From an uncultured Chloroflexota bacterium (GTDB lineage Bacteria; Chloroflexota; Dehalococcoidia; Lucifugimonadales; UBA1127), in the NCBI GenBank assembly GCA_913045315.1, contig CAJWQJ010000003.1, forward strand, positions 31,732 to 95,731: a stretch of 64,000 nucleotides of DNA. Direction: 5' to 3'. Under the pieces are notes generated by a model, which did not search any database, had not been told where the DNA came from, and was given only the letters and a program-made list of their open reading frames with translations. Positions within the stretch are counted from its first letter, which is position 1, and each line of letters starts with the position of its first letter. A program made the translations under genes and the position numbers. Of the stretch, positions 29,394 to 41,635 are shown piece by piece.

Positions 29394-30227
29394 TTAGTTC
29401 AGTTTAAACGATGCAGGTTCTTCAGTAACTAAACCGTCTTTGATTAATTTTGCCAAGTGAGTCCTGACATTTCTTTCCGCTGCATCGCGCAAACCTTTTT
29501 TTAGGTTTCTGGGATAGATATCACTTACAATTTCTTTAGTGTTCGTGATTCCTTTTTTTAGAGATTCCATAACCTCTTTTTCCCTTTGCTCTCTATGGTT
29601 TATGTACCATGATACCAATTGTCCTCCTCTTGGTGGAGATACTATTTTTCCATGTGCAGGGCATATGGTTGTATGTTTAAATTTAGAAAGTAATCGCAAT
29701 GATTTCATATAATTATATAAGTCTTGAACTGTTGAAGAAGAAGAACCCAAAATAGAATCACCAGTAAACATAACTTTATCTTTTCTAAGATAGTAACATA
29801 CATGATCTACTTCATGGCCGGGAGTAAATAATGCTCGTAAAGTAACATCATCGATATGGAGTAATTCGCGGGATTTAAGAGGGATTACATTTTCCTCACC
29901 AACTATTTTTTGAAGCTTTTTTACTAATTTTGGATGACATCTAACTGGGCACTGAAATTCTTCGTGTAGTCTATCTAATCCACCTATGTGGTCAAAATGA
30001 CCATGAGTGATCAGGATTGAAGTAATTTGTGGGCTACCCAATTCTTTGTGAAAATCAAGAATTCTTTTTAACCATTCTTTTTCATGGTCTCCAGTATCGA
30101 TAAGAATCATTTCTTTTTTTGGGTTTCCTACGAAACAGTTATTACTTCCACCTGGATGCGCTGTTGCCCCATCATCGTAGTGCATAACCCAAACATGATC
30201 AGTGACTTGCATTCTATAATCCCCCAA
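29394..30227 (-). CDS. Metallo-beta-lactamase-fold hydrolase (LACTB2-like)
   Basis: LIDTG, THGHFDHIGG, TPGH..DH, FTGD, PAHG, C-terminal helical domain (HLAKL). Confidence 0.88.
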   Translation of the reverse strand: MGDYRMQVTDHVWVMHYDDGATAHPGGSNNCFVGNPKKEMILIDTGDHEKEWLKRILDFHKELGSPQITSILITHGHFDHIGGLDRLHEEFQCPVRCHPKLVKKLQKIVGEENVIPLKSRELLHIDDVTLRALFTPGHEVDHVCYYLRKDKVMFTGDSILGSSSSTVQDLYNYMKSLRLLSKFKHTTICPAHGKIVSPPRGGQLVSWYINHREQREKEVMESLKKGITNTKEIVSDIYPRNLKKGLRDAAERNVRTHLAKLIKDGLVTEEPASFKLN

Positions 30228-30280
30228 ATTTTCTAACGAGTATACATCAGTGTTTTTCTTTCGAAAACCTGAAAAAAAAT

Positions 30281-32017
30281 TTATAGATAATTTAAAGATC
30301 CCTTGAAAGGTTCATCGGAATCTTCTTGAAACCATTTTCCCCCACTATTTGCTGGAATAACAGGAAGTATGATTGAGGAAGGATAATCCTTTGAATGATA
30401 AATTGAATTTAATGATGGATAAGGGCAAGGTTCTGTTTTAGGAAAATTGGCATTCATAATGTCGATACGAATACGATTTCCTTTTTTAAAAACTTGGCTC
30501 ATTGGCCATATTTCTATCTCTAGCTTATGTATTTGATTGGGTTCTAGTTTAGTTGGGTTTGAATGTGAGTTATTATGGCTTGCCTTTAGTATTCCGTCAC
30601 TACAAAGCCAAGAAGTTCCATCCGGGTATACGTTTGTGAGGTTCACAGCCCATACTTGATCTACTGCTGTGCTAGAAATATATAATTCAACCAGTACTTC
30701 ACCCGTTATTTCTAAATCCTCTTCCAATATACTTGTAGAATAAGTAAGCACTTGACCCGATACTTCGTCATCTAATTGGTTGCTTCCAGGATTATTTGCT
30801 CCAATCGCCAAGCTTCTAAAACCGATGTTTCCAGGCAAATTCTCATTGACAGGATTGTAATCGATGACATCTATTTTCTCAGAAGAGTTTGGTATTTCAA
30901 TCTTTAAAGATCCATCATTCAATGATTGAACTGAACCACTTTTTTCTTCATTGAGATAGAATTTCTTGAATTCAGTCCTTTTAAGTGGCCATTCCTTTTC
31001 AAATCGCCAAATTCCTTCCTGTGGTCCTGAACTATCAGGATTTGCACCAACCACAAATATTTTTACTGGGAATTCTAATAGATGAGAGTTATTTTCATCT
31101 TTCATCCAATAGTCTAACCATTGTTCTTCTATTTGGGATATGAATGGGGTGTCGATTTTTCCATGAAACCATGGTCCAATAATTAACATTTGAGGACCTG
31201 CATTCGGATTATTTTTCATTCCTTTATAATTTTCTAGGTTTCCACGTTGAAACTGGTCATACCAACCAGCTATGTGGAGAGTGGGCACTACAGTATGTGC
31301 ATACTTGTCATCTATTGATTGGGCTTTCCAGTAGTCATCAAATTTTGAATGATGATAGGATTCCATAAGAAAATCTGTAGCGAGAGGGTTTCCTTGACCT
31401 AATTGCATTCTCTTAACGGTTTTTCTTGCTCTTTCAATGGTAATTTTTTTTATTCTATCTATAGTTTCGGATGATAAATTTGAATTTTTTGGCAATGGTT
31501 TTGGGCCAGTGTTAACTTCAACTAGTTGTGCCCAATGTGCTGCGTGAGCAACGTGCCAAACACCTCCTCTCCACCTCCCATCAAGATAATTGTTTGAGGT
31601 GCCTAGAGCACATATCATTGCTGTTAGTCCATTTGGTTGAGTTGGAGCAAGTAAATATCCTGCATTGGCACTATACGATGTTCCTACTATACCAACTTTT
31701 CCATTAGACCAATGTGTTTTGGAGATCCATTCCACAGAATCATGCCCATCATCTGCATCATCAAGATAGTAGTGGTAGTCTCCTTCAGAATTACCAGTTC
31801 CGCGGCAATCTTGGACAACAACTACATATCCTCTTTTTACCCATCTTGAGGCACCCTGTAAAGTTCCTTCACGATCTTTCCCGTAAGGTGATCTTATTAA
31901 GATGGATGGAAATTTTTCGTTATTATTAGGTAAGTAAATATCTGCTGCAAGGTGTGTTGTGTCACGCATAGGAATGTAAACATTTTCATTTATTATCATA
32001 ATGATGCCTTTAATCAC
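30281..32017 (-). CDS. CocE/NonD-family (peptidase S15-like) serine hydrolase
   Basis: IPMRD..LAADIY, RSPYGK, QDCRGTGNSEG, GTSYSA nucleophile, GWYD, GPWFH, C-terminal jelly-roll. Confidence 0.92.
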   Translation of the reverse strand: MIKGIIMIINENVYIPMRDTTHLAADIYLPNNNEKFPSILIRSPYGKDREGTLQGASRWVKRGYVVVVQDCRGTGNSEGDYHYYLDDADDGHDSVEWISKTHWSNGKVGIVGTSYSANAGYLLAPTQPNGLTAMICALGTSNNYLDGRWRGGVWHVAHAAHWAQLVEVNTGPKPLPKNSNLSSETIDRIKKITIERARKTVKRMQLGQGNPLATDFLMESYHHSKFDDYWKAQSIDDKYAHTVVPTLHIAGWYDQFQRGNLENYKGMKNNPNAGPQMLIIGPWFHGKIDTPFISQIEEQWLDYWMKDENNSHLLEFPVKIFVVGANPDSSGPQEGIWRFEKEWPLKRTEFKKFYLNEEKSGSVQSLNDGSLKIEIPNSSEKIDVIDYNPVNENLPGNIGFRSLAIGANNPGSNQLDDEVSGQVLTYSTSILEEDLEITGEVLVELYISSTAVDQVWAVNLTNVYPDGTSWLCSDGILKASHNNSHSNPTKLEPNQIHKLEIEIWPMSQVFKKGNRIRIDIMNANFPKTEPCPYPSLNSIYHSKDYPSSIILPVIPANSGGKWFQEDSDEPFKGSLNYL

Positions 32018-32054
32018 AATCTGTCTTAAGTTTTGATGACGATTTTTTCAAGTG

Positions 32055-32126
32055 TGGCAAGGACAGGATTCGAACCTGTGACCTAGCGCTTATGAAGCGC
32101 CCGCTCTGCCGCTGAGCTACCTTGCC
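32055..32126 (-). tRNA. tRNA with CAT anticodon, most likely elongator tRNA-Met; CCA not encoded
   Basis: GGCAAGG-TA-GCTC AGCGGCA GAGC-G-GGCGC TTCATAA GCGCT-AGGTC-ACAGG TTCGAAT CCTGT-CCTTGCC-A; paired G1-C72 (not initiator), A4-U69 (unlike Ile2 C4-G69). Confidence 0.9.
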
Positions 32127-32146
32127 TTAGTTTGTGATTATTGTTT

Positions 32147-32176
32147 AATCTAGCAATATATTTTTATTAGTGTCAA
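32147..32176 (-). promoter_or_regulatory. Putative promoter of tRNA-Met
   Basis: TTGACA, 18 nt, TAGATT. Confidence 0.55.
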
Positions 32177-32188
32177 TGCCGAATACGA

Positions 32189-33622
32189 TTAATCTACTAT
32201 TTCAAGTAATTTTGCACATTCATAAAGGAGCATTGTTAAATTATTCTGATTTGTTGTTTCTGAATAGATTCTTATCAGTGGTTCAGTTCCTGAAAATCGC
32301 ATTGCAACCCATGAGCCATCTTCGAGTGTAAATCGTACTCCATCTAAGTGATCTATCTTAATGACATTTTTTCCAATAAGACGTTTAGGGTTTAAATTTT
32401 TAGCAATTTCGATAGTTTTTGATTGATCTTTTTTGCTTATAGGGATATCCCATCTGTCGAAATAATGAGGACCTACAATGCTGAATAGATTTTCTATCAA
32501 TTCTGGAATTGATTTTTTTGTTTTTATCATTAGGTCTAAAATAAAAAGTCCACTGATAATTCCGTCTCTTTCAGGTATGTGTCCTTTAAAAGCAAATCCA
32601 CCACTTTCTTCTCCACCGATAAGAGCGTCATGTTGTATCATTTCAGGTACGATATTTTTGAAACCTACTGGAGTTTCAATAACGTCTACACCATATTTTT
32701 CTCCAAGTTTCCACATCATGTTGCTTGTAGTTAAAGATTTAACAATAGGGCCTTTGAGTTGCCGAATTTCCAAAAGATAGTAGGCGAGTAAAGCAAAAGT
32801 TTGGAGTGTGGTAACGTAGTTATTATTTGAGTCAATTATTCCTAATCTGTCAGCGTCTCCATCAAAAGCTAATCCAACCGAAGATTTATGCTTAGAAATA
32901 GATTTTTTGAGAGGAATTAAATTATGATTAATTGGTTCAGGGTTATACATGTTGGGGAAGTTTGGATTTAGCAAAGAACGAATTTCGTTTATCTTTATAC
33001 TTCCCCCTTTAAGTATTTTTTTAATGTAGCCTGAGCCAGCTCCATGCATTGAATCTACCGAAATATTCATCTTGGTATTTTTAATATCTTCAATTTTTAG
33101 CAGCGCGTTTATTTTCTTGAAATATGGTGTAAAAGGGTTAATATGTTCTATTTGTTTTTGTAGATTTCCATTTGTATCAGAATGGTTCTCTAAATTGTTT
33201 GAAAAAGATTCTGAATTTATAAAATTTTCAATCGTACGTATCTCATTATTATCAGGACTACCTCCATAACTTGTACGGTATTTAAACCCATTCCAATTAT
33301 AAGGGTTATGGCTTGCTGTGATTATTATTCCTCCGGACGCTTTGAAATCAACAATGGCATTACTTACAACTGGGGTTGGGGTAGTATTTTCGCATAATAA
33401 AACTTTGATATTATTTCTAGCTATAGTATTTGCTGCATGTTCTGCAAATTCTTTTGAAGCAAATCTGGTATCATAACCAATTACTAAAGGTTGGTTATGT
33501 AGATTTTGGGCTATATGATATCTAGCGACACCTTCTGCACAGGATTCCACACCTGAGAATGTAAAATCCTTGGCAATGATTCCTCGCCAGCCATCGGTCC
33601 CAAATAGAATATTTTCTTTCAT
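32189..33622 (-). CDS. Phosphoglucomutase/phosphomannomutase family protein
   Basis: FGTDGWRG, TASHNP, DGDADR, GGEESGG, RFSGTEP. Confidence 0.95.
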   Translation of the reverse strand: MKENILFGTDGWRGIIAKDFTFSGVESCAEGVARYHIAQNLHNQPLVIGYDTRFASKEFAEHAANTIARNNIKVLLCENTTPTPVVSNAIVDFKASGGIIITASHNPYNWNGFKYRTSYGGSPDNNEIRTIENFINSESFSNNLENHSDTNGNLQKQIEHINPFTPYFKKINALLKIEDIKNTKMNISVDSMHGAGSGYIKKILKGGSIKINEIRSLLNPNFPNMYNPEPINHNLIPLKKSISKHKSSVGLAFDGDADRLGIIDSNNNYVTTLQTFALLAYYLLEIRQLKGPIVKSLTTSNMMWKLGEKYGVDVIETPVGFKNIVPEMIQHDALIGGEESGGFAFKGHIPERDGIISGLFILDLMIKTKKSIPELIENLFSIVGPHYFDRWDIPISKKDQSKTIEIAKNLNPKRLIGKNVIKIDHLDGVRFTLEDGSWVAMRFSGTEPLIRIYSETTNQNNLTMLLYECAKLLEIVD

Positions 33623-33660
33623 TGAATTACTTTAGAGAGCTAATAAATAATAATTTGAGT

Positions 33661-34881
33661 TTAGTTTGTTGTTGCTAGAGGATCGTTTGCTATATTTGCT
33701 GCTCTATTTGTTTCTTCCCATGGAAATTGAACGTCATCTCTTCCGAAATGTCCATAACTAGCACTTTTTTGAAATATTGGCCTGCGTAAGTTGAGATCTT
33801 TAATTATTGCACCTGGACGAAGATCAAAATATTTTCTGACTAATTGATCAAGATTTTCATGTGGAACCTTACTTGTGCCAAATGATTCAACAGCGATCGA
33901 TATAGGTTCTGCTACACCAATTGCATAAGAGATTTGAACTTCAACCCGATCTGCCACCCCAGCAGCAACAAGATTTTTTGCTACGTACCTAGCAGCATAG
34001 GCTCCAGATCGATCGACTTTAGTAGGATCTTTTCCAGAAAATGCCCCTCCACCATGTCTTGCTATTGCACCATAAGTGTCAACTAATATTTTTCTACCTG
34101 TCAAACCACTATCTGCCGCTGGTCCTCCGAGCACGAAGCTTCCTGATGGGTTTACGAAATAACGAGTATTTTCGTTTAAAAGAAGTTCAGGAATTACAGG
34201 TTTGATGACATTTTCCATCATGTCTTTGTGAAGTTGATCTGGTTCAATTCCAGGGTCTGTTTGAGGACTTACAACAACTGTATGTACCGATTGAGGGGAT
34301 CCATACGAATATTCGATTGTCACTTGAGATTTCCCATCAGGTCTTAGATAGGAAACAACTCCTTCCTTACGTACCTTTGCCATTTGCATTGTTAATCGCT
34401 GAGAAAGGAATAAGGAAAGAGGCATTAATTGGGTTTCAATTATTTCATTTCCAATCTTCTCTTTACAAGCAAAACCAACCATCATTCCTTGATCACCGGC
34501 TCCTACTGAAGCTGGGTTTGCTTCCGGGTTTACTGCATTTGCTATTTCCTCAGATTGTTTTTGGACAGCAAGTTGGACAACACAACTATCTGCTCCTATC
34601 CCTTTTTCAGGAGATACATAGCCTATATCTCGAAGAGTTTTACGAACTATAGATTCTATATCTACTGTTCCTCTAGAAGATATTTCCCCCATTACTAAAA
34701 CATGTTCGACGCTTGCGCAAGTTTCACAAGCAACCCTGCTATAAGGATCCTGTGCAAGATATGCATCTAGGACAGCATCTGATATTTGATCACATACTTT
34801 ATCAGGATGACCCTCAGTAACTGACTCTGATGTGAACAAATATAACGGTGATTCTTTGAAACTGAGACCATAGGTTGTCAT
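33661..34881 (-). CDS. metK: S-adenosylmethionine synthetase
   Basis: FTSESVTEGHPDK, GAGDQG, RPDGKSQV, GGGAFSGKDPTKVDRS, YGHFGR. Confidence 0.98.
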   Translation of the reverse strand: MTTYGLSFKESPLYLFTSESVTEGHPDKVCDQISDAVLDAYLAQDPYSRVACETCASVEHVLVMGEISSRGTVDIESIVRKTLRDIGYVSPEKGIGADSCVVQLAVQKQSEEIANAVNPEANPASVGAGDQGMMVGFACKEKIGNEIIETQLMPLSLFLSQRLTMQMAKVRKEGVVSYLRPDGKSQVTIEYSYGSPQSVHTVVVSPQTDPGIEPDQLHKDMMENVIKPVIPELLLNENTRYFVNPSGSFVLGGPAADSGLTGRKILVDTYGAIARHGGGAFSGKDPTKVDRSGAYAARYVAKNLVAAGVADRVEVQISYAIGVAEPISIAVESFGTSKVPHENLDQLVRKYFDLRPGAIIKDLNLRRPIFQKSASYGHFGRDDVQFPWEETNRAANIANDPLATTN

Positions 34882-34920
34882 ATATTCTCCTGTAAATTAG
34901 TATTCTCAATATTATTGGAA

Positions 34921-36772
<1,852 letters not shown>

Positions 36773-36802
36773 CGCTATTGTTTCCTTTCTAATGTTCTAA
36801 TT

Positions 36803-37162
36803 TTATGGATTAGAACCTTGATTAGTAGGTAAGTTATTTTCAATCCATACTGGTGTTCCATCTTCAATGTTATATATCAAATCAGGGTCCACACCCATTG
36901 CTGCTACCATTTCGCATGCCAGACCACTTCGACCACCCATTTGACAGATAAAAAGAAGAGTTTTTTCAGTAGGTAATTCTGAAAATCTTGATAAAACGTC
37001 ATTTACTGGTATGTTAATAGAATTTGCCACATGCCCTGATTCGTATTCATCTGGATTTCTTACATCTACAACTTGAACTGAATTAGGGTCTTGCTCAATA
37101 ATTTCCTGTGCCTCAAGTGAAGTTATTCTTGCAAATGGTTCACCTTCTTGACGTTTGGTCAT
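36803..37162 (-). CDS. Single-domain rhodanese-like sulfurtransferase
   Basis: VDVRNPDEYESGHV..SINIP, active loop ICQMGGRS, NIEDG...W. Confidence 0.9.
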   Translation of the reverse strand: MTKRQEGEPFARITSLEAQEIIEQDPNSVQVVDVRNPDEYESGHVANSINIPVNDVLSRFSELPTEKTLLFICQMGGRSGLACEMVAAMGVDPDLIYNIEDGTPVWIENNLPTNQGSNP

Positions 37163-37190
37163 TCATCACCTTCTTATCAGATTATTCAAA

Positions 37191-38051
37191 CTAAATATAT
37201 TTATGAATTATTGGATTAAGTCGTTCTACTATCTTTGGATCCAAATTATTCAAATCACTAATTATAGCGTCTTTTAGAGAATTATTACATTTACATTTTA
37301 TTTGGTCGGGAAGATTTGGTAATATTGACGCTAATATTTTTCTAGAATTTGCAACGTTACTTTGCAAATTCTTTATTACCATTTCTACTGTAACATTTTC
37401 AAAATCGTCATGCCATACATCGTAGTCAGTAACACATGCAAGTGTGGCATAGCAAATTTCTGCTTCTCGAGCTAATTTTGCTTCTGGTAACGCAGTCATT
37501 CCAATTATACTTGCGTTCCATGATCTATATAATTCCGACTCAGCTTTTGTCGAAAAAGCAGGTCCTTCCATAACAACATAAGTGCCATTCGTATGTACTT
37601 TTGTACCATTATTTTCTGCTCCTTCAATTAATATTTTCCTCAATGTTGGGCAGAAAGGTTCAGCTAATCCTACGTGAGCTACGATTCCCTTTTCAAAAAA
37701 TGTTGATTCCCGTGCCTTTGTTCGATCTATTAATTGATTTGGAACTATCATATCTTGAGGTTTGATATTTATATCCAAGCTTCCAACTGCGCTTATTGAT
37801 ATGATTTGTTTTACGCCAATGGACTTTAATGCATAAATGTTTGCTCGGGAAGGTAATTCGCTAGGGTTAATTGTATGACCTTTACCATGTCTAGGTAAGA
37901 AAGCAACATTTTCAGATCCTATTCTCCCGATGGTAATTGTATCGCTAGGATCTCCAAATGGAGTTTTGACTTGAATCTGATCTAATTCTGTAAGGTTGTC
38001 AATATGATATAGTCCACTTCCCCCAATTATTCCAATAGATGCTGTTTTCAT
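37191..38051 (-). CDS. mtnP: S-methyl-5'-thioadenosine phosphorylase
   Basis: GIIGGSGLY, TPFGDPS, FLPRHG, RANIYAL, EGPAFSTKAES, GMTALPEAKLAREAE, VTDYD. Confidence 0.95.
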   Translation of the reverse strand: MKTASIGIIGGSGLYHIDNLTELDQIQVKTPFGDPSDTITIGRIGSENVAFLPRHGKGHTINPSELPSRANIYALKSIGVKQIISISAVGSLDINIKPQDMIVPNQLIDRTKARESTFFEKGIVAHVGLAEPFCPTLRKILIEGAENNGTKVHTNGTYVVMEGPAFSTKAESELYRSWNASIIGMTALPEAKLAREAEICYATLACVTDYDVWHDDFENVTVEMVIKNLQSNVANSRKILASILPNLPDQIKCKCNNSLKDAIISDLNNLDPKIVERLNPIIHKYI

Positions 38052-39103
38052 CTTGATATCCTTTCTAAAGTTATGGAATATGGCTGGTAAGCAATTCCGT
38101 TTTCGGTAATTATCGCATCAATATAATGATTAGGAGTTACGTCAAAAGCGTAGTTTAGAGTGGATGTTTTTTTATTAATGATATTGGTACCGAACAGGCT
38201 CCCTATTTCTTCCCCATCTCTTTTTTCAATGATTATATCTTTTCCCGATTCGATTTCGAAATCAATTGTGCTAGCTGGTGCAGCAACGTAAAAAGGAATA
38301 GAGTGTTCTTTAGCCAGGATAGCAACAGTGTACGTTCCAATTTTGTTTGCCACATCTCCATTTGCTGTAATCCTGTCAGCACCAACTATTACACCGGATA
38401 TCATTTTATTACTCATCATTACTCCAGCCATATTGTCGATAATTACCGTTACAGGTATTCCAGATTTCTCTAATTCCCATGCGGTTAACCTTGACCCTTG
38501 GAGAAGAGGGCGTGTTTCTGTGGCATAAACTTCATTTATTTTTCCCTGTTTCCATGCTGATCGAATAACTCCTAATGCGGTACCAAATCCTGCCGTTGCT
38601 AATGCACCTGCATTACAATGTGTGAGGATTGTTGTTTTATGTTCAAACAAACTAGCACCAAAATTTCCTATGGCAATATTTGCTGCAATATCTTCAGCTT
38701 GGATCATTTTTGCTTCATTCAATAATTTTGCGTAAATTTCTTTAGGATTTGAGATATTTGCAATTGAATTCATACACCGTTTAATTGCCCAACTTAAATT
38801 TACAGCTGTTGGCCTAGAATTTGAAATATTTCTTGCTGCATTTTCTAATTCCCTAATAAATATCTTAGGGGGCATATTACTAAATTCATAAGCAGCTAAG
38901 GCTATAGAAAATGCACCTGCTAGACCAAGTGCAGGTGCTCCTCGAACTCGCAATGATTTAATTGCTTCGATCATGTTTTCCCAGTGTTCTATGGATAAAT
39001 ATATTTCTTTGTTAGGTAAAAGGGTCTGGTCAAGTATAATTATTTTATTATCTGTCCAATCGATAGCTCTATAATCTTCTAGATTTGATTCGTTATTAAA
39101 CAT
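38048..39103 (-). CDS. mtnA: Methylthioribose-1-phosphate isomerase
   Basis: LDQTLLP, VRGAPA, RPTAVNL, THCNAGALAT, ETRPLLQG, GADRI..NGDVANKIGTY. Confidence 0.96.
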   Translation of the reverse strand: MFNNESNLEDYRAIDWTDNKIIILDQTLLPNKEIYLSIEHWENMIEAIKSLRVRGAPALGLAGAFSIALAAYEFSNMPPKIFIRELENAARNISNSRPTAVNLSWAIKRCMNSIANISNPKEIYAKLLNEAKMIQAEDIAANIAIGNFGASLFEHKTTILTHCNAGALATAGFGTALGVIRSAWKQGKINEVYATETRPLLQGSRLTAWELEKSGIPVTVIIDNMAGVMMSNKMISGVIVGADRITANGDVANKIGTYTVAILAKEHSIPFYVAAPASTIDFEIESGKDIIIEKRDGEEIGSLFGTNIINKKTSTLNYAFDVTPNHYIDAIITENGIAYQPYSITLERISR

Positions 39104-39262
39104 TTTGTAATACTTTCCATTGGAGAAGATATGATGTAAATATTAAGCAAGTAATTAGTAGATAACTATTGGATTATTCATAATAGGATTATTTAGTATA
39201 CTAGATAATATCAGAAGTATCACAAAGGTGAAGTTATAACTTAGTGATTGATGAGGGTATAT

Positions 39263-39736
39263 ATGAGAGTTGCAATAAGTTCTGATCATGCAGGGTTTAA
39301 TCTCAAAAAAGAGCTATTAGATTATATGATTTCTTTAAATTATTATGTTTCAGATTTTGGAGGCGAAATTATTGATCCTAATGATGACTATCCTGATGCT
39401 GCATATGATGTTGCTTCCTCTGTAGCCAAAGGAGATGTTGATAGAGGAATTATAGTTTGTGGAAGTGGAGTGGGTGCATCTGTAGCGGCTAATAAGGTTG
39501 TAGGTGCTAGAGCATCTATTTGTCATGACTTATATTCTGCTAGTCAAGGAGTGGAACACGACGACATTAATATATTATGCCTTGGTGAAAAAGTTGTATC
39601 TACTCAATTAGCTAAGGAAATACTTAACGCTTTTTTAAGAGCTGAATTTTCAGGTGAAGAAAGACATAAACGAAGATTAGAAAAGGTATTGAAAATTGAA
39701 AGTGATAATTTCATAGGTAGAAACAAAAATGAATAA
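39263..39736 (+). CDS. rpiB: RpiB/LacA/LacB-family sugar-phosphate isomerase
   Basis: SDHAG..LK, DDYPD, CGSGVG.S..ANK..G.RA, EHDD.N, ERH.RR; ATG at 39263. Confidence 0.9.
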   Translation: MRVAISSDHAGFNLKKELLDYMISLNYYVSDFGGEIIDPNDDYPDAAYDVASSVAKGDVDRGIIVCGSGVGASVAANKVVGARASICHDLYSASQGVEHDDINILCLGEKVVSTQLAKEILNAFLRAEFSGEERHKRRLEKVLKIESDNFIGRNKNE

Positions 39737-40766
39737 TAAGTTTTCTTCAAAGGATATTATACCTATATTAGCTGTGACTCCTGGGGATCCCCTTGGGATT
39801 GGCCCTGAGGTGACAGTTAAGACTCTTGTTGAGAATTCCTTAGATGGTAATGCTAAAACCATAATCATTGGCAGTGTTAAAGTTATTTCAAAAATAGTCT
39901 CAATCCTTAATATGAAAATTACTATTGAAGTTATTGAATCGATTTCAGCATTCCGTGACTTAAAAGAAACTAAAAATGACTCTGTTTATGTTTTTGATAT
40001 TGATAACTTTGATGTTTCATCAATTTCGTTTGGAAATGTTTCAGCTGAAGCTGGACGAGCAAGTATGGAATGGGTTTTTCGTGCTGGAGAGATGTGTTTG
40101 AATGGTGAAGTAGATGGAATGGTTACAGGTCCAATTAATAAGGAATCTTGCAATTTAGCTGGATATGAAGACATTGGCCACATGGAAGTTTTGCAAAGAC
40201 TTTCAAATTCGCCATCAGTTTACACAATGCTATCCACAAGAGGACTTAGAGTTGTTCATCTAACTACACACAGATCCATTGCACGTGTTGCAGATGCAGT
40301 AACTAAAGAAAATATCCTTAAAATGATTAATGTCACTAATGAACAGTTTCTTGCCTGGGGTTTTCCTGAACCGCGAATCGGGGTTGCTGCACTTAATCCA
40401 CATGCGTCTGATTCTGGATTACTAGGGAATGAAGAATCGATGGAAATAGCCCCAGCTATTGAAGTTGCATTTAATCAAGGGATTTTAGCTTATGGTCCGA
40501 TACCGGCTGATGTAGTTTTCCATGATGCCATTCAGGGAAAATACGATGTAGTTCTTGCTATGTATCATGATCAAGGTCATATTCCTATTAAAGTTTATGG
40601 TTTTGAAGAAAGTATTAGTATAAATCTTGGTCTTCCTTTTGTGAGAACTTCTGTGGATCATGGGACAGCGTTTGACATTGCAGGAAAAGGGATTGCAAAT
40701 CACTTAAGTATGAAAAATGCATTAAAAGAAGCATGTATGCTTGTTAAAGGACAAGGAATTTTGTGA
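39729..40766 (+). CDS. pdxA: PdxA-family 4-phospho-sugar-acid dehydrogenase
   Basis: GDPLGIGPE, TGPINK, GHME, TTH, ALNPHA, MYHDQGH, RTSVDHGTAFDIAGKG. Confidence 0.9.
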   Translation: MNNKFSSKDIIPILAVTPGDPLGIGPEVTVKTLVENSLDGNAKTIIIGSVKVISKIVSILNMKITIEVIESISAFRDLKETKNDSVYVFDIDNFDVSSISFGNVSAEAGRASMEWVFRAGEMCLNGEVDGMVTGPINKESCNLAGYEDIGHMEVLQRLSNSPSVYTMLSTRGLRVVHLTTHRSIARVADAVTKENILKMINVTNEQFLAWGFPEPRIGVAALNPHASDSGLLGNEESMEIAPAIEVAFNQGILAYGPIPADVVFHDAIQGKYDVVLAMYHDQGHIPIKVYGFEESISINLGLPFVRTSVDHGTAFDIAGKGIANHLSMKNALKEACMLVKGQGIL

Positions 40767-40828
40767 CTCATTCTTTAAATTCCGTGCTATAATCCAATTT
40801 GAATTAAATAGGAATTTTTGAGGATTTT

Positions 40829-41635
40829 ATGAAAGTTTCTTTTATAGGTGGTGGGGTAATGGCTGAAGCGATTATTGCGTCAGCCATAGATAAGTTGGTA
40901 TTACAACCAACAGAAATAATGGTAAGCGATCCTTTAGAATCTCGTAGATCGCATTTGATAGGAAAATACTCAGTTAACACTGTGTCTGAAAATCATAAGG
41001 CAATTCAGAACGCAAATTTAATTGTGCTAGCTATGAAACCTCAAGATTTAGGTGCTGTTGCGGATAGCCTAAGAAGTTACCTGCAAGATGATCAAGTTAT
41101 TTTATCAATTGCAGCTGGAGTTACGTTGAATTCTCTTGAGAATGGGTTGACTCATAATAGAATTGTTCGTGCAATGCCTAATACTCCTGCTCAGATAGGT
41201 GCAGGAATTACAGTTTGGACTACATCTTCTAATGTTTCTAAAGATGACATGGAAATAACACAATCAATCCTGGGTTCTATTGGTAAAGAGATATATGTTT
41301 CAGAGGAAAAATATCTTGATATGGCCACAGCTATAAGTGGTAGTGGTCCAGGATATGTATTTCTGATAATGGAAGCTTTTATTGATGCAGGAGTTAACCT
41401 TGGTCTTTCAAGGATCATTGCGGAAGAGCTTGTAATTGAAACATTTTTGGGCTCAGCAACTCTTGCGCGTGAGTCAGATAATCATTTGAGTACATTACGT
41501 AATATGGTTACATCTCCTGGAGGAACTACGGCTGAAGGATTGATGGCTTTGGAAGAGTCAGGTTTAAGGTGGGCACTTGCAAGTGGAGTTATTGCAGCCT
41601 ATGAAAAATCAAAATCACTTGGAGGCTCGAAGTGA
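40829..41635 (+). CDS. proC: Pyrroline-5-carboxylate reductase
   Basis: FIGGGVMA, LAMKPQ, SIAAG, RAMPNTP, SGSGPGY, VTSPGGTT. Confidence 0.96.
   Translation: MKVSFIGGGVMAEAIIASAIDKLVLQPTEIMVSDPLESRRSHLIGKYSVNTVSENHKAIQNANLIVLAMKPQDLGAVADSLRSYLQDDQVILSIAAGVTLNSLENGLTHNRIVRAMPNTPAQIGAGITVWTTSSNVSKDDMEITQSILGSIGKEIYVSEEKYLDMATAISGSGPGYVFLIMEAFIDAGVNLGLSRIIAEELVIETFLGSATLARESDNHLSTLRNMVTSPGGTTAEGLMALEESGLRWALASGVIAAYEKSKSLGGSK

Noticed and set aside
29222-29407. 61-aa ORF on the + strand
   Set aside because: It is the antisense reading of tRNA-Gly (GFEP...STTELL pattern).
29259-32126. Possible tRNA-anchored genomic island
   Set aside because: No integrase, no duplicated tRNA 3' end and no obvious composition shift.
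39104-39262. Possible SAM/SAH riboswitch upstream of the mtnA-metK operon
   Set aside because: The region is very AT-rich with no recognisable riboswitch core or stable stems.
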